Assembly (NCBI GenBank): GCA_031264075.1
Contig: JAISEO010000060.1
Location: forward strand, 6,354 to 70,353
From: Coriobacteriales bacterium
GTDB taxonomy: Bacteria > Actinomycetota > Coriobacteriia > Coriobacteriales > UBA8131
Length of the DNA: 64,000 nucleotides
Direction of reading: 5' to 3'
Below are positions 17,414-26,783 of the stretch, piece by piece. The notes beneath the pieces are model-generated. The model was given only the letters and a program-made list of their open reading frames with translations, was not told the origin of the DNA and did not search any database. The position numbers and the translations under genes were made by a program. Each line of letters begins with the position of its first letter. Within the stretch, counting starts at the first letter, position 1.

Positions 17414-18999
17414 TGAGGGTACTGATTGCAGAGAAACTGGCTGCCAGCGGTATCAAGCTGCTGGAGGAGGCCGGCCTTGCCGTTGATGTGAGGCTGGGCA
17501 TGAGCCCCGAGGAGCTCGTGGAGGTCATCCCCAACTACGAGGCCCTCATCGTGAGGAGCGCCACCAGGGCCACGCGCGAGGTCATTGAGGCGGGCACGAG
17601 CCTCAGGATTATCGGTCGCGCCGGCGTGGGCGTGGACAACGTGGATGTAGAAGCGGCCACCGAGCGCGGCATTATCGTCTGCAATGCCCCTACCTCCAAT
17701 GTGGTCAGCGCCGCCGAACAGGCGATGTGCCTGCTTCTGGCCAGCGCGCGCAAGACACCCGAGGCCAACGCCTCCATGCAGAAGGGCGAGTGGAACCGTG
17801 CCGCCTTCACGGGCAACGAGCTCTACCAGAAGACGCTCGCCATCTTTGGTCTGGGGCGCATAGGTGGGCTCGTGGCCCAACGCGCCGCCGCCTTTGAGAT
17901 GCAGCTCATCGGCTACGACCCCTACTGCTCCGCGGAGCGCGCCGCCAATCTCGGCGTTACCAAATTTGAGACCATCGAGGAGATTCTCCCTCTCGCTGAC
18001 TTTATCACCGTACATCTGCCCAAGAACAAGGAGACGCTCGGCATGTTCGGCTCCCGGCAGTACGCGCAGATGAAGGACGGCGTCTATCTGGTCAACACGG
18101 CGCGCGGCGGCATCTACAACCTGGCGGAGATGGTGGAATACCTCCAGAATGGCAAGATAGCCGGAGCGGCCATTGACGTGTACGAGACTGAGCCCTGCAC
18201 GAGTTCGCCCCTGCATGGCCTGGACAAGGTCATCCTGACTCCCCATCTCGGTGCCTCAACCGTCGAGGCCCAGGAGCGCGCGGGTGTGCAGATTGCCGAG
18301 TATGTCCTGCTGGGGCTGAGCAACAAGATGGTTCCCACAGCCGTCAACGTCAAGCTGGTGCCTGATGATGTCATGAGCGCGGTGACGCCCTATATCGGGG
18401 CCTGCGAGACGCTCGGTGTCATACTCGCCCAACTGAGCCGTGAGGCCATTTCCAGCGTGGAGCTCACCGTGAGTGGCGACCTGGCCGAATACGACGTGAG
18501 CCTGCTGGGTACGGCGGCCCTGCGCGGCATCTTCTCCCAGCACAGCGACGATCCGGTCAACTTCGTCAACGCCAACTATATCGCCGAGCAGCGTGGCGTT
18601 TCCATCACCATCACCAAGGAACGTCGGCAGGATGAATACACGAGCAAGGCCAGCCTGCTCACGATGAACGGCTCCCAGCGCGTGGAGGTCGGCTGCACCA
18701 CCTCCGGGCCGCTCACCGAGCCACGCATCATCTCACTCTTCGATTACAAACTCGACCTGATACCGCGCAAGTACGTCCTGGTGATGAAGTACGAGGATAC
18801 GCCGGGCAAGCTCGGGCGCATCGGCACGGTGCTGGGCAACGCCAACATCAACATCTCCACGATGGAGATAGGCACGCTGGAAAAGGTCACCGGTGAGGCC
18901 ATCGTCCTCATGAACGTGGATGATCCGGTGCCGCCCGAGGTCTATGACGAGCTGGTTGCGAGCGTGGGAGTCACCGACGGCTGGTTCATCGAACTATAA
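17413..18999 (+). CDS. serA: D-3-phosphoglycerate dehydrogenase, long form with ASB and ACT domains
   Basis: 528 aa. NAD motif GLGRIGGLVAQRA, catalytic region TPHLGAST, and a C-terminal ACT-like segment VLVMKYEDTPGKLGRIGTVLG. Confidence 0.9.
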   Translation: MRVLIAEKLAASGIKLLEEAGLAVDVRLGMSPEELVEVIPNYEALIVRSATRATREVIEAGTSLRIIGRAGVGVDNVDVEAATERGIIVCNAPTSNVVSAAEQAMCLLLASARKTPEANASMQKGEWNRAAFTGNELYQKTLAIFGLGRIGGLVAQRAAAFEMQLIGYDPYCSAERAANLGVTKFETIEEILPLADFITVHLPKNKETLGMFGSRQYAQMKDGVYLVNTARGGIYNLAEMVEYLQNGKIAGAAIDVYETEPCTSSPLHGLDKVILTPHLGASTVEAQERAGVQIAEYVLLGLSNKMVPTAVNVKLVPDDVMSAVTPYIGACETLGVILAQLSREAISSVELTVSGDLAEYDVSLLGTAALRGIFSQHSDDPVNFVNANYIAEQRGVSITITKERRQDEYTSKASLLTMNGSQRVEVGCTTSGPLTEPRIISLFDYKLDLIPRKYVLVMKYEDTPGKLGRIGTVLGNANINISTMEIGTLEKVTGEAIVLMNVDDPVPPEVYDELVASVGVTDGWFIEL

Positions 19000-20020
19000 G
19001 CGTTTCAGTGCCAAGGCTGCCCTTGAGTTGGCCTCGCCGTCCACCTGGGTGGCGTCCATCGGGCCGTGCTGCATCGCGGGCGCCTTTGCGCTGTGCTCTG
19101 CCATGGAGTCTGGCCTTGCGGAGGCCGTCTCCGTGCAGGCAGGCGAGGCTCTGGGCGAAGGGGCGGGGGAGGGAGTGGGCGTGCTCGCCGAGATGGGCAC
19201 CGTGCTCGACGGCCGTTCGGCTCTGTGCTGGGTTCTCATGCTGCTCTGCGCGGTGCTGTTGCAGAGTGCCGTCAATACCCTCAACGACTACCAGGACTTC
19301 AAGAGCGGCCTCGACACGGCTGAGACCATACGGGACGAGACCGACGCGTCCCTCGTCTATAACCAGATAAACCCGCGGAGCGCCCTGGCCTTTGCGCTCG
19401 TGCTGCTGGGCCTGGCGGCTGCTTTGGGAACAGCCGTCGTGCTTCTGACGAGCCTGTGGCTTCTCGTGCCCGCGGCCGTGGCAGCCGCCGCAGTGTGCCT
19501 CTATTCGGCAGGTCCCAAGCCCATCAGCTCGCTCCCGCTTGGCGAGGTGGTGAGCGGGATAGTGATGGGAGGCGTGCTCACCTGTGTGTGCTTCTACGCG
19601 GTGACGCTCAGCTTCTCGAGTGCCGTGGTGGCGCTGGCCGTGGTGCCCACGGTTGCCATCGCGCAGATCATGCTCACCAACAATACCTGTGACACGGCCC
19701 GGGACCGCGCGGCAGGCCGAAGGACGCTGCCCCTCCTCCTCGGCGTGCACAGATCGCGTGTGCTGAATGGCGCCCTGGGCGTGTTTGCCTTTCTCTGGCT
19801 CGGCCTGTTCGTGGTGGGGGAGGGCCTTGCCCCCGGCCTTATCGTCGTGCTCCTGGGCCTTGCGCTCTGCCTGCCCAAACTGGCGACGCTGCTCAAAGGC
19901 CCCTACAGTCTTGAGAACCGCCGCGTGATGATGCACAGTGTTGTCTCCTATAACAGGCTGCTGGATGCCTCAGCGTGTGTTGCCCTGCTGGCGGGAGGAG
20001 TGGCGCGTGCCATCTTCTGA
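18944..20020 (+). CDS. menA: UbiA-family prenyltransferase, 1,4-dihydroxy-2-naphthoate prenyltransferase-like
   Basis: NTLNDYQDFKSGLD (the NxxxDxxD motif) with many TM segments, followed by the menG-like gene. Start uncertain (ATG 18920 or 18944); either overlaps the serA 3' end. Confidence 0.7.
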   Translation: MTSWLRAWESPTAGSSNYKRFSAKAALELASPSTWVASIGPCCIAGAFALCSAMESGLAEAVSVQAGEALGEGAGEGVGVLAEMGTVLDGRSALCWVLMLLCAVLLQSAVNTLNDYQDFKSGLDTAETIRDETDASLVYNQINPRSALAFALVLLGLAAALGTAVVLLTSLWLLVPAAVAAAAVCLYSAGPKPISSLPLGEVVSGIVMGGVLTCVCFYAVTLSFSSAVVALAVVPTVAIAQIMLTNNTCDTARDRAAGRRTLPLLLGVHRSRVLNGALGVFAFLWLGLFVVGEGLAPGLIVVLLGLALCLPKLATLLKGPYSLENRRVMMHSVVSYNRLLDASACVALLAGGVARAIF

Positions 20021-20876
20021 AAAATCTGAGTACGTACACGAAGTCTTTTCCAGGATAGCCGGGTCCTACGACCTGATGAACGACCTGGAGAGCCTGGGGC
20101 TTCATCGTCTCTGGAAGGCGCGGCTCGTGCGCGAGCTTTCTCGTGCAAGGCCTGGGCGCATTCTCGACATCGCCTGTGGTACGGGGGATATCGCCATCGC
20201 TTTGGCAGAGGCCAATCCGGATTGCGAGGTCTTTGGGCTGGACTTCAACGAGGATATGCTGGACATTGCCCGCAGGCGCGCTGCGCGCGAGCTGCCGCTC
20301 GGTTTTGTTGTCAAGGTCAGGCCCGAGGCTGTCCAAGCTCATCCTGCCACTGCTACCGAAGCCGAGGAATCTTCGAGTGCGCAGCGCACAATTGGGGAGG
20401 AAGGGTCTCTCTTGGCAGAAATCGAGCTGCCTCCCAGCTGTCAGGGTGTCTGTGCGCACACAAGCAACCGCCTCAGCTTTGCCTTAGGTAACGCCCTGGA
20501 GCTGCCCTACGCGGAAGCGAGCTTTGATGCCGTGAGCATCTCCTTCGGGCTCCGCAACATGCCTGTCTACGCGGCCGTGTTGGCAGAGATCTACCGGGTG
20601 CTCAGGCCCGGCGGCCAGTTCCGCTGCCTTGAGGCCTCGTATCCCGAGGGCAGGCTCGCCAGGCCTCCGTTCAGGCTCTACTTCAAGTACTGGCTGCCAC
20701 TCCTGGGCAAGCTCGTCGTCAACAGTCCGGAGGAGTACTCCTGGCTCAACACCTCCACCGAGGCGTTTCTCAGCAAGGATGAGCTGGCAGAACTCATGCG
20801 CCAGACCGGCTTTACCCAGGTGAGCTACATGAGCTTCCTCCTGGGTGCCGCGGCCTTGCATCGCGGCACCCGGTAA
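20007..20876 (+). CDS. menG: Demethylmenaquinone/ubiquinone methyltransferase (UbiE/MenG family)
   Basis: Start at GTG 20007 (GGGAGGAG at 19992-19999). Motifs VHEVFSRIAGSYDLMND, ILDIACGTGD (SAM motif I) and FGLRNMP. Carries an insertion of about 50 aa between SAM motifs. Confidence 0.8.
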   Translation: MPSSEKSEYVHEVFSRIAGSYDLMNDLESLGLHRLWKARLVRELSRARPGRILDIACGTGDIAIALAEANPDCEVFGLDFNEDMLDIARRRAARELPLGFVVKVRPEAVQAHPATATEAEESSSAQRTIGEEGSLLAEIELPPSCQGVCAHTSNRLSFALGNALELPYAEASFDAVSISFGLRNMPVYAAVLAEIYRVLRPGGQFRCLEASYPEGRLARPPFRLYFKYWLPLLGKLVVNSPEEYSWLNTSTEAFLSKDELAELMRQTGFTQVSYMSFLLGAAALHRGTR

Positions 20877-20950
20877 GAAGGCACGTAAGGGCGGTGGCGC
20901 CTCGACCAGCACAGGGAGGCAGAACATTCCACCTGCCTGGCCGAGCCTCT

Positions 20951-20988
20951 CCGGACTGCGGGTTGGAGTGAGGCCGCCCACAGTCCGG
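20951..20988. terminator. GC-rich hairpin between the convergent menG and trpB2 genes
   Basis: ccggactg (20951-20958) pairs with cagtccgg (20981-20988). No clear U-tract on either strand. Confidence 0.3.
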
Positions 20989-21011
20989 TACAGCTGTCTG
21001 GCCTCTCGAGC

Positions 21012-22457
21012 CTACTGGATACCCGGCAGGGACGGGATGGAGGCAAAGCCGCGCGCCAGATCCTCGTCGGTAGGGATGAAATCGGTCATCGTTCCCTCCA
21101 GATACTGCTCGTAGGCGGCAAGATCCAAGAGCCCGTTGCCCGTGAGGCCGAAGAGGATGGCCTTCTCCTCGCCACTCTCCCTGCATTTGAGCGCCTCATC
21201 AATGGCCACGCGTATGGCATGGGCGCTTTCGGGAGCCGGCAGCGTGCCTTCGCTCCGGGCAAATTGGAGGGCCGCGGCCAATACCTCGGTCTGCTCCTCA
21301 GCGCGCGCCTCATCCAGGAAGCCGTCGTGATAGAGCTGCGAGAGGATGGGGCTCATGCCGTGGTAGCGCAGGCCGCCGGCGTGGGAGGGGGAAGGTATGA
21401 AATCATGGCCGAGCGTATACATCTTGGCGAGCGGTGTGACCTCGCCGGTGTCGCAGAAGTCGTAGGCAAAGCGTCCGCGCGTGAGGGAGGGACACGAGGC
21501 CGGCTCCACGGCGATGAAGTAGGGCGCGGCGCGTCCCGCCAGGCGGTCGGCCATATAGGGTGCCATGAGACCGCCGAGATTAGAGCCGCCTCCGGCGCAG
21601 CCGATGACGAGGTCGGGGTATACCTCCAGCTTGTCGAGCGCGGCCTTGGCCTCAAGCCCGATGATCGACTGATGGAGCAGCACCTGATTCAACACCGAGC
21701 CCAGCACGTAGCGCGTGGTGCCGTTGTTGTCCAGGGCCACTTCCACCGCCTCCGAGATAGCGGTTCCCAGCGAGCCGTAACTTTCCGGATCAGCCTCCAG
21801 CATCTTCTGTCCAATGCGGGTGGTGTTGGAAGGTGAGGGGCAGACAGAGGCGCCGTAGCACTGCATGATGGTCTTTCGGTAGGGCTTCTGCTCGTAACTG
21901 GCCTTGACCATGAAGACACTGAGGTCCAGGTCAAAATAGGCGCAGGCCATGGCCATGGCGGTGCCCCATTGGCCCGCACCGGTCTCGGTGGTGAGTGCGG
22001 CAAGCCCCTGCTCTTTGGCGTAGTAGGCCTGGGCGATGGCCGAGTTGAGCTTATGCGAGCCCGAGGTGTTGCCGCCCTCGTACTTGTAGTAGATTTTGGC
22101 AGGGGTATCCAGCGCCTTCTCCAGATAGTAGGCCCGCACCAGAGGGGAGGGACGGTACATGCGGTAGAAGTCCAGCACCGGCCCGGGGATGTCGATGTGC
22201 CGGTCGCTGTCGTTGAGTTCCTGTCTGGCCAGCTCGGTGCAGAACACGGGCTCCAGGTCGGCGAGCACCACCGGCTGGAGCGTGCCCGGATGGAGGATGG
22301 GAGCATGTTCCGTCTGCATGTCTGCCCTGACGTTATAGAATGCGGTAGGGATCTCGCTCTCGTCCAGATAGTACTTATAGGGGTCGCTCGTGTTGCGGGT
22401 ATTGCTGATACCGCTGGTGTTGCCGGGGGCACTGCCTTTGCTCATCGTGGTTGACAT
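21012..22457 (-). CDS. trpB: TrpB2-type (stand-alone) tryptophan synthase beta-like PLP enzyme
   Basis: Start at MSTTMSKG (ATG 22457; GAAAGGAG is the complement of 22463-22470). Motifs YYKYEGGNTSGSHKLNSA (PLP Lys), ETGAGQWG and GCAGGGSN. The length (~480 aa) and N-terminal extension are typical of TrpB2. Confidence 0.85.
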   Translation of the reverse strand: MSTTMSKGSAPGNTSGISNTRNTSDPYKYYLDESEIPTAFYNVRADMQTEHAPILHPGTLQPVVLADLEPVFCTELARQELNDSDRHIDIPGPVLDFYRMYRPSPLVRAYYLEKALDTPAKIYYKYEGGNTSGSHKLNSAIAQAYYAKEQGLAALTTETGAGQWGTAMAMACAYFDLDLSVFMVKASYEQKPYRKTIMQCYGASVCPSPSNTTRIGQKMLEADPESYGSLGTAISEAVEVALDNNGTTRYVLGSVLNQVLLHQSIIGLEAKAALDKLEVYPDLVIGCAGGGSNLGGLMAPYMADRLAGRAAPYFIAVEPASCPSLTRGRFAYDFCDTGEVTPLAKMYTLGHDFIPSPSHAGGLRYHGMSPILSQLYHDGFLDEARAEEQTEVLAAALQFARSEGTLPAPESAHAIRVAIDEALKCRESGEEKAILFGLTGNGLLDLAAYEQYLEGTMTDFIPTDEDLARGFASIPSLPGIQ

Positions 22458-22619
22458 AACGTCTCCTTTCGGTTGTGGGTCCAGCTCGTCAGCTCCCCTG
22501 TGAGCGAAGCGGTATGCTGCATACCACTCTGCGCCCAGGCCGAACAAACGCGCCAACCCGTTGGCTTTACCGGGCGTTCTGCCCGATACTTTGGAGACCT
22601 GGGCCACGTCTGAGCATAC

Positions 22620-22920
22620 AAAAAAGCCCATGCCTCCACATCAGTGATGCGGGGACAAGAGCTCTGGATATTCCGACTATTGGTCGGAGAAAAGACTCCT
22701 GCGGTGCCACCTCGCTTGCCAGCATAACGCCAGCCACTCATGAAGCGCTAACACGCTCCTGTTCTATAACGGGAACTCCCGTCCAAGGATACTGTCTGCA
22801 TCATGCCGAGGCAGAGTTCTCTCTGGCCCTCCGAGGTCCATTTGTCTCTTCGCTTGCTACCGGATTCTCAGCATCGCCGGTTCTCTGTGAGCGCGCCGTA
22901 GACGTTACTTCCTCATCAAC
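22620..22920 (-). promoter_or_regulatory. T-box leader RNA with a UGG (Trp) specifier, upstream of trpB2
   Basis: Minus-strand elements occur in canonical order. GAUGA (22917-22913), AGUA (22909-22906), AGAGA bulge (22886-22882), distal hairpin CCGG...CCGG. Specifier loop GAA...UGG-A (UGG at 22840-22838), then CCUC pairing with GAGG (22914-22911). F-box CCGUUA (22772-22767). T-box core GGUGGCACCGC (22711-22701). U6 tract (22625-22620). Confidence 0.6.
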
Positions 22921-23050
22921 GGTGTAGGGCTATGGTACCACAGTTTCACCGAGTGTCCAGAAAAATTTTTCCCGCTTGCAATTAAGGATAATCAACATTA
23001 CAATGTGTTGTATAAATTGCCAGTATTTTGAACAGCAAAAGGAGCACAAC

Positions 23051-23374
23051 ATGAGCCCTCTGACCGATGCGATAGATCGCCTCGTACCCATCACCCTCTT
23101 CAACAAGGGTCAGTCTTCCCGGATATTCGAGCGGGTGAAGACAGAGCATGAGCTTGTCGTTGTCAAGAACAACGCTCCTGCCGCCGTCATCCTCTCGCTT
23201 GACGAGTACAAGCGCCTGAAAGAGGTGGATGAGGATCTCTACCTGCTTCAGCTGGCCCATGAGCGGATGCAGGGCGACTGGGAGTCGCGGGCGATACCTT
23301 TCGATGAGGTTTTAGCACGGCAGGGGCTCACCCGTGCTGACCTCGACGATGTTGATGAGGGCGAGTTCGAATGA
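23051..23374 (+). CDS. Phd/YefM-family antitoxin
   Basis: Start at MSPLTDAI (ATG 23051; AAAGGAG at 23037-23043). The motif ITLFNKGQSSRIFERVKTEHELVVVKNNAPAAVILSLDEYKRL matches the Phd/YefM N-domain pattern. Confidence 0.8.
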   Translation: MSPLTDAIDRLVPITLFNKGQSSRIFERVKTEHELVVVKNNAPAAVILSLDEYKRLKEVDEDLYLLQLAHERMQGDWESRAIPFDEVLARQGLTRADLDDVDEGEFE

Positions 23375-23700
23375 GCTGGGAGATAGAGTTTCTTCCTGAG
23401 GCAGATGAGGAAATAGATGGCCTGGATGGGTCTGTCAAGAAGCGGGCGCTCAGCATCATCAACAGGGCAGCCAAGAATCCGCTTCCCCATGATGAGGGCG
23501 GGTATGGTTCTCCCCTGCGTAACACACAGGAAGCAAAGTTGGCCGGTCTGCTCAAACTGAAGCTCAAGAGCTCGGGGCTCCGCGTTGTCTACGCCCTCAA
23601 GCGCACGAAAACCACGATGACCGTCATAGTGGTGGGTGTACGTGAAGATTCCGAGGTCTATCGCGAGGCCGAGAAACGTCGCATACGGTACGATCTCTGA
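23371..23700 (+). CDS. RelE/ParE-family toxin
   Basis: 109 aa with ATGA overlap on the antitoxin. WEIEFLPEADEEIDGLD...LKLKLKSSGLRVVYALKRTKTTMTVIVVGVRED is the RelE/ParE beta-sheet pattern. Confidence 0.8.
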   Translation: MSWEIEFLPEADEEIDGLDGSVKKRALSIINRAAKNPLPHDEGGYGSPLRNTQEAKLAGLLKLKLKSSGLRVVYALKRTKTTMTVIVVGVREDSEVYREAEKRRIRYDL

Positions 23701-23857
23701 TTCTGCTCGCAGGGGGTGAGGCCAAAGCGCTGGGCAGGAGCAGAGTATACCTACCCCTGACGCTTTCTTTCTTACCGCAAAAACAGGCTGCCATCTTGTT
23801 CTTCGATGACAGCCTGTCCGTTCTCGCCTTTCGCAAAGCGTGAGCCCGAGTTGTAGC

Positions 23858-25447
23858 TCAGCCCTTGATAATCTCCAGTGCCTCGTCGCGATAGGCGTCC
23901 ATGACGTAGCTTATGCCGGAGACTTCGGCGGCCTCGGGGGTCAGCGCCACGAGATTGTCGCGGGTTATCGAGGCCAGGTTCATACAGCGGGATCCGGCCA
24001 TGATCTGCTGCAGGCCCACCTTGAGCCGGTCGGCATAGGTGTAGACGCCCACCGCTCCCAGTGGGATACGGTCGATATCCTTGCCGTAGCGGTCTTTGAG
24101 GGTCTCGTAGTTCACGAAGATCTCCTCCTTGCTGGAGCCGAACTCGCTGATGGTCTTGGGCAGGTCGCCTTCCTTCAGCCACTTCTCGATGTTCTTGCCC
24201 ACAAAGCCGGGAATCATGAGCGCGCGGCCCATGCAGACGGCCTTGAAGTACGGCGCGCCCATGGCCAGCGCCTTGTAGATGCCCGCCTCCTCGCTGAAGG
24301 AGCCCGCGATGGCCAGATCGGGCACGTAGGCACCCTGCTCGTCGAGTAGCGTGGCAAGCTCATACGCCATCGATTGCAGGTAGAAGGTCGGGATGCCCCA
24401 TTCCTCCATCATGCGCCAGGGGCTCATGCCCGTGCCGCCGGGGGCGCCGTCTATCGTGAGCAGGTCGATATGCGCGTTGCTCGACCACTTGAGCGCCATT
24501 GCCAACTCGCGCATCGGATAGGCACCGGTCTTAAGCGTGACACGCTTGGCACCGAGGGCACGCAGCTCCTCCACGGAGCGATAGAAGTCCTCCTCGTCGA
24601 TGAAGCCGAGACGGCTGTGGCGCTCGAACTGCTTGATGCTGCCGGCCTTGAAGGCCTCCTGGATGGCGGGGTTGGAGGGGTCGGGCGTGACGATATAGCC
24701 GCGACTCTGCAACTCGAGGGCCCGCTCCAGCGAATCCACCTTGATCTCGCCGCCGATACACTTGGCGCCCTGGCCCCATTTGAGCTCGACGGTCTCAACG
24801 CCCAGCTCCTCAACCACGTAGCGGGCCACACCGAGGCGCGTATCCTCAACATTCAGCTGCACGAGTATGTCGCCGTCGTCCTCCTGGAACTCCTTGTAGA
24901 GCCGCACGCGGCGCTCCATGTCGGGGGCCTTCGTCACTTTGCCCTGCGCGTCACGCTCGAGCGCCGGGTCAATGCCGCAGACATTCTCCCCGCAGACGAG
25001 TGAGATACCGGCGATGGCCGTGCCGATGGCAAACTGCTCCCAGTTGGCCCGCGCCACCTCGGTGGAGCCCAAAGCTCCCGTGAAGATGGGCATCTTCATG
25101 CTCACCTTGTTCTGCCATCCAAACTCCGTGCTCGTGTCCACGGTGGGAAAGGTCGCCGTGTCCGGGCCGGCCTCCATGCCCTTGGGCAGGCCGTCCAGGC
25201 CCAGCGCATAGCCGTTGATGTTGAGATGGGAGTAGTCAATGGGATAGTCTTTGTCGGCACCGGCCGTCACATGCCCAAACGGGCCGGGGTAGATGACCTC
25301 TCGCCCCCTGAAGGACGATTTGAACACCTCACAATTGCCCTTGCAATTATCCACACAGCGTGTACACAGCCCGCTGACGGGCACCACGCTGCGCGAGCGG
25401 TTCGTTGTCTGCGTCGCGTCGTTGGCATTCGGTCTCTGTAGGTTCAT
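23858..25447 (-). CDS. FMN-dependent glutamate-synthase-domain protein (GltB domain 2 homolog, stand-alone)
   Basis: Start at MNLQRPN (ATG 25447; AAGGAGGAG is the complement of 25455-25463). Motifs DLLTIDGAPGGTGMSP and AIAGSFSEEAGIYKALAMGA. N-terminal Cys cluster CTRCVDNCKGNC. Confidence 0.8.
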   Translation of the reverse strand: MNLQRPNANDATQTTNRSRSVVPVSGLCTRCVDNCKGNCEVFKSSFRGREVIYPGPFGHVTAGADKDYPIDYSHLNINGYALGLDGLPKGMEAGPDTATFPTVDTSTEFGWQNKVSMKMPIFTGALGSTEVARANWEQFAIGTAIAGISLVCGENVCGIDPALERDAQGKVTKAPDMERRVRLYKEFQEDDGDILVQLNVEDTRLGVARYVVEELGVETVELKWGQGAKCIGGEIKVDSLERALELQSRGYIVTPDPSNPAIQEAFKAGSIKQFERHSRLGFIDEEDFYRSVEELRALGAKRVTLKTGAYPMRELAMALKWSSNAHIDLLTIDGAPGGTGMSPWRMMEEWGIPTFYLQSMAYELATLLDEQGAYVPDLAIAGSFSEEAGIYKALAMGAPYFKAVCMGRALMIPGFVGKNIEKWLKEGDLPKTISEFGSSKEEIFVNYETLKDRYGKDIDRIPLGAVGVYTYADRLKVGLQQIMAGSRCMNLASITRDNLVALTPEAAEVSGISYVMDAYRDEALEIIKG

Positions 25448-25623
25448 GGTTTCGCTCCTCCTTGTCCGGGGCTTTCTGTGCCCGTACCGCATTCTCGCAT
25501 TGTCCACTCGTACCCTTTGCACGTGCTGCTGACTCCTGCTCAGATGTAAGAGTGGTAGCAACAGTATACCGGTTCGCGAACCATCAGCTTCCCCACAATG
25601 GAAAGCTCATAAAAATTGGTAGC

Positions 25624-25651
25624 TTGCCAACGCGCGGGTTTGCGCTATAAT
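25624..25651 (+). promoter_or_regulatory. Sigma70-like promoter for rplS
   Basis: TTGCCA (25624-25629), 16-nt spacer, TATAAT (25646-25651), about 85 nt upstream of the rplS ATG. Confidence 0.45.
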
Positions 25652-25737
25652 CCTTCTTTACGCCTGAAACAGGGCCAAGCGTTTTGTTCCCCTGAGGCAC
25701 CAGTACCGCACTGCACAGAAAACAGGAGAGTACCACC

Positions 25738-26082
25738 ATGGATATTATCCGTGCCCTTGAGCAGCAACAGATAAAAAACGACATTCCGGACTTCTTTGTC
25801 GGCGATAACGTCAAGGTTCACTACCGCATTATCGAGGGTAACCGCGAGCGTATCCAGGTCTTTCAAGGCGATGTCATCCGTAAGCATGGCGCCTCTAATC
25901 GAGAGACCTTCACCGTGCGTAAGATAAGCTTCAGTGTGGGCGTGGAGCGTACCTTTCCGGTGCACTCGCCCAAGATTGACCGGATAGAGGTCGTGCGCCA
26001 CGGCGCCGTACGCCGCTCCAAGCTCTACTACCTGCGCAAGAAGGTGGGCAAGGCTGCGCGCATCCGCGAGAAGGGCTTCTAG
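25738..26082 (+). CDS. rplS: 50S ribosomal protein L19
   Basis: [47 protein letters not shown]...[28 protein letters not shown] is an unmistakable L19 sequence. Confidence 0.95.
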   Translation: MDIIRALEQQQIKNDIPDFFVGDNVKVHYRIIEGNRERIQVFQGDVIRKHGASNRETFTVRKISFSVGVERTFPVHSPKIDRIEVVRHGAVRRSKLYYLRKKVGKAARIREKGF

Positions 26083-26111
26083 GGAGCAACCGCCTCCCAG
26101 CCCAGGTTTTT

Positions 26112-26765
26112 GTGCCCAGCCGAGCAGAAAAGACGGCGGCCCTCGACCAGCTGCTCTATGGTTTTTTAGAGGAGTTGGACGGTGGCAATAATCTCACCAT
26201 CATAGGAATCGACGAAGTAGGCCGGGGGTCGCTCAGTGGCCCTTTGACGGTTGCCGCGGTCTGCCTGCCACTTACTCCGCGCATCAGCGGCCTCAACGAC
26301 TCAAAGAAGCTCAGCGCCGCGCGCCGCGAGTCCCTCGCCATCGAGTTGTATCGCGTCGTTGTGTGCTACAGCATTCAGGACATCTGCGCGGAGGAAATCG
26401 ACAGCGTGGGCATGGCCGAGGCGCTCAGACGGGGAGTGAGACAGGCGCTTGGCGAGGTGACGGACACAGCCGGTGAGCCCGACGCCGTTCTCATCGACGG
26501 CACGCCCCTCCATATCCACGCAAAGGAACAGGCCATTGTCAAGGGCGACGGCAAGGTGGCCTCTATCGCCGCCGCGTCCATCATCGCCAAGGTTCACCGC
26601 GACGCCCTCATGACCGGCTACAGCCAGGAGTATCCGCACTATGGTTGGGAGTCCAATAAGGGCTACGGTTCGGCGGCGCATATCGCTGCCATACGAGAGC
26701 GGGGCCTCAGTCCTCTGCATCGAAAGGGTTTCTGTCAAGGAATTCTGCAGGAGCGCCTGTTCTAG
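26112..26765 (+). CDS. rnhB: Ribonuclease HII
   Basis: GTG start. IIGIDEVGRGSLSGPLTVAAV (DEVGRG catalytic motif), NDSKKLS, ASIIAKVHRD, GYGS..H. Confidence 0.9.
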   Translation: MPSRAEKTAALDQLLYGFLEELDGGNNLTIIGIDEVGRGSLSGPLTVAAVCLPLTPRISGLNDSKKLSAARRESLAIELYRVVVCYSIQDICAEEIDSVGMAEALRRGVRQALGEVTDTAGEPDAVLIDGTPLHIHAKEQAIVKGDGKVASIAAASIIAKVHRDALMTGYSQEYPHYGWESNKGYGSAAHIAAIRERGLSPLHRKGFCQGILQERLF

Positions 26766-26783
26766 GGAGGCGCCGATTAATTG

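Noticed and set aside
22931-22942. tggtaccat resembling the T-box GGUGGUACC core
   Set aside because: It lies at the extreme 5' end, upstream of Stem I, where a T-box sequence cannot function. It more likely overlaps the promoter (-10-like TACCAT). The genuine T-box core is at 22701-22711.
22458-22960. RNase P RNA or tmRNA in the 500-nt gap upstream of trpB2
   Set aside because: No GAGGAAAGUCC / ACAGAA..GGCUUA P4 elements, and no tRNA-like acceptor/T-arm or tag ORF. The T-box interpretation explains the conserved boxes.
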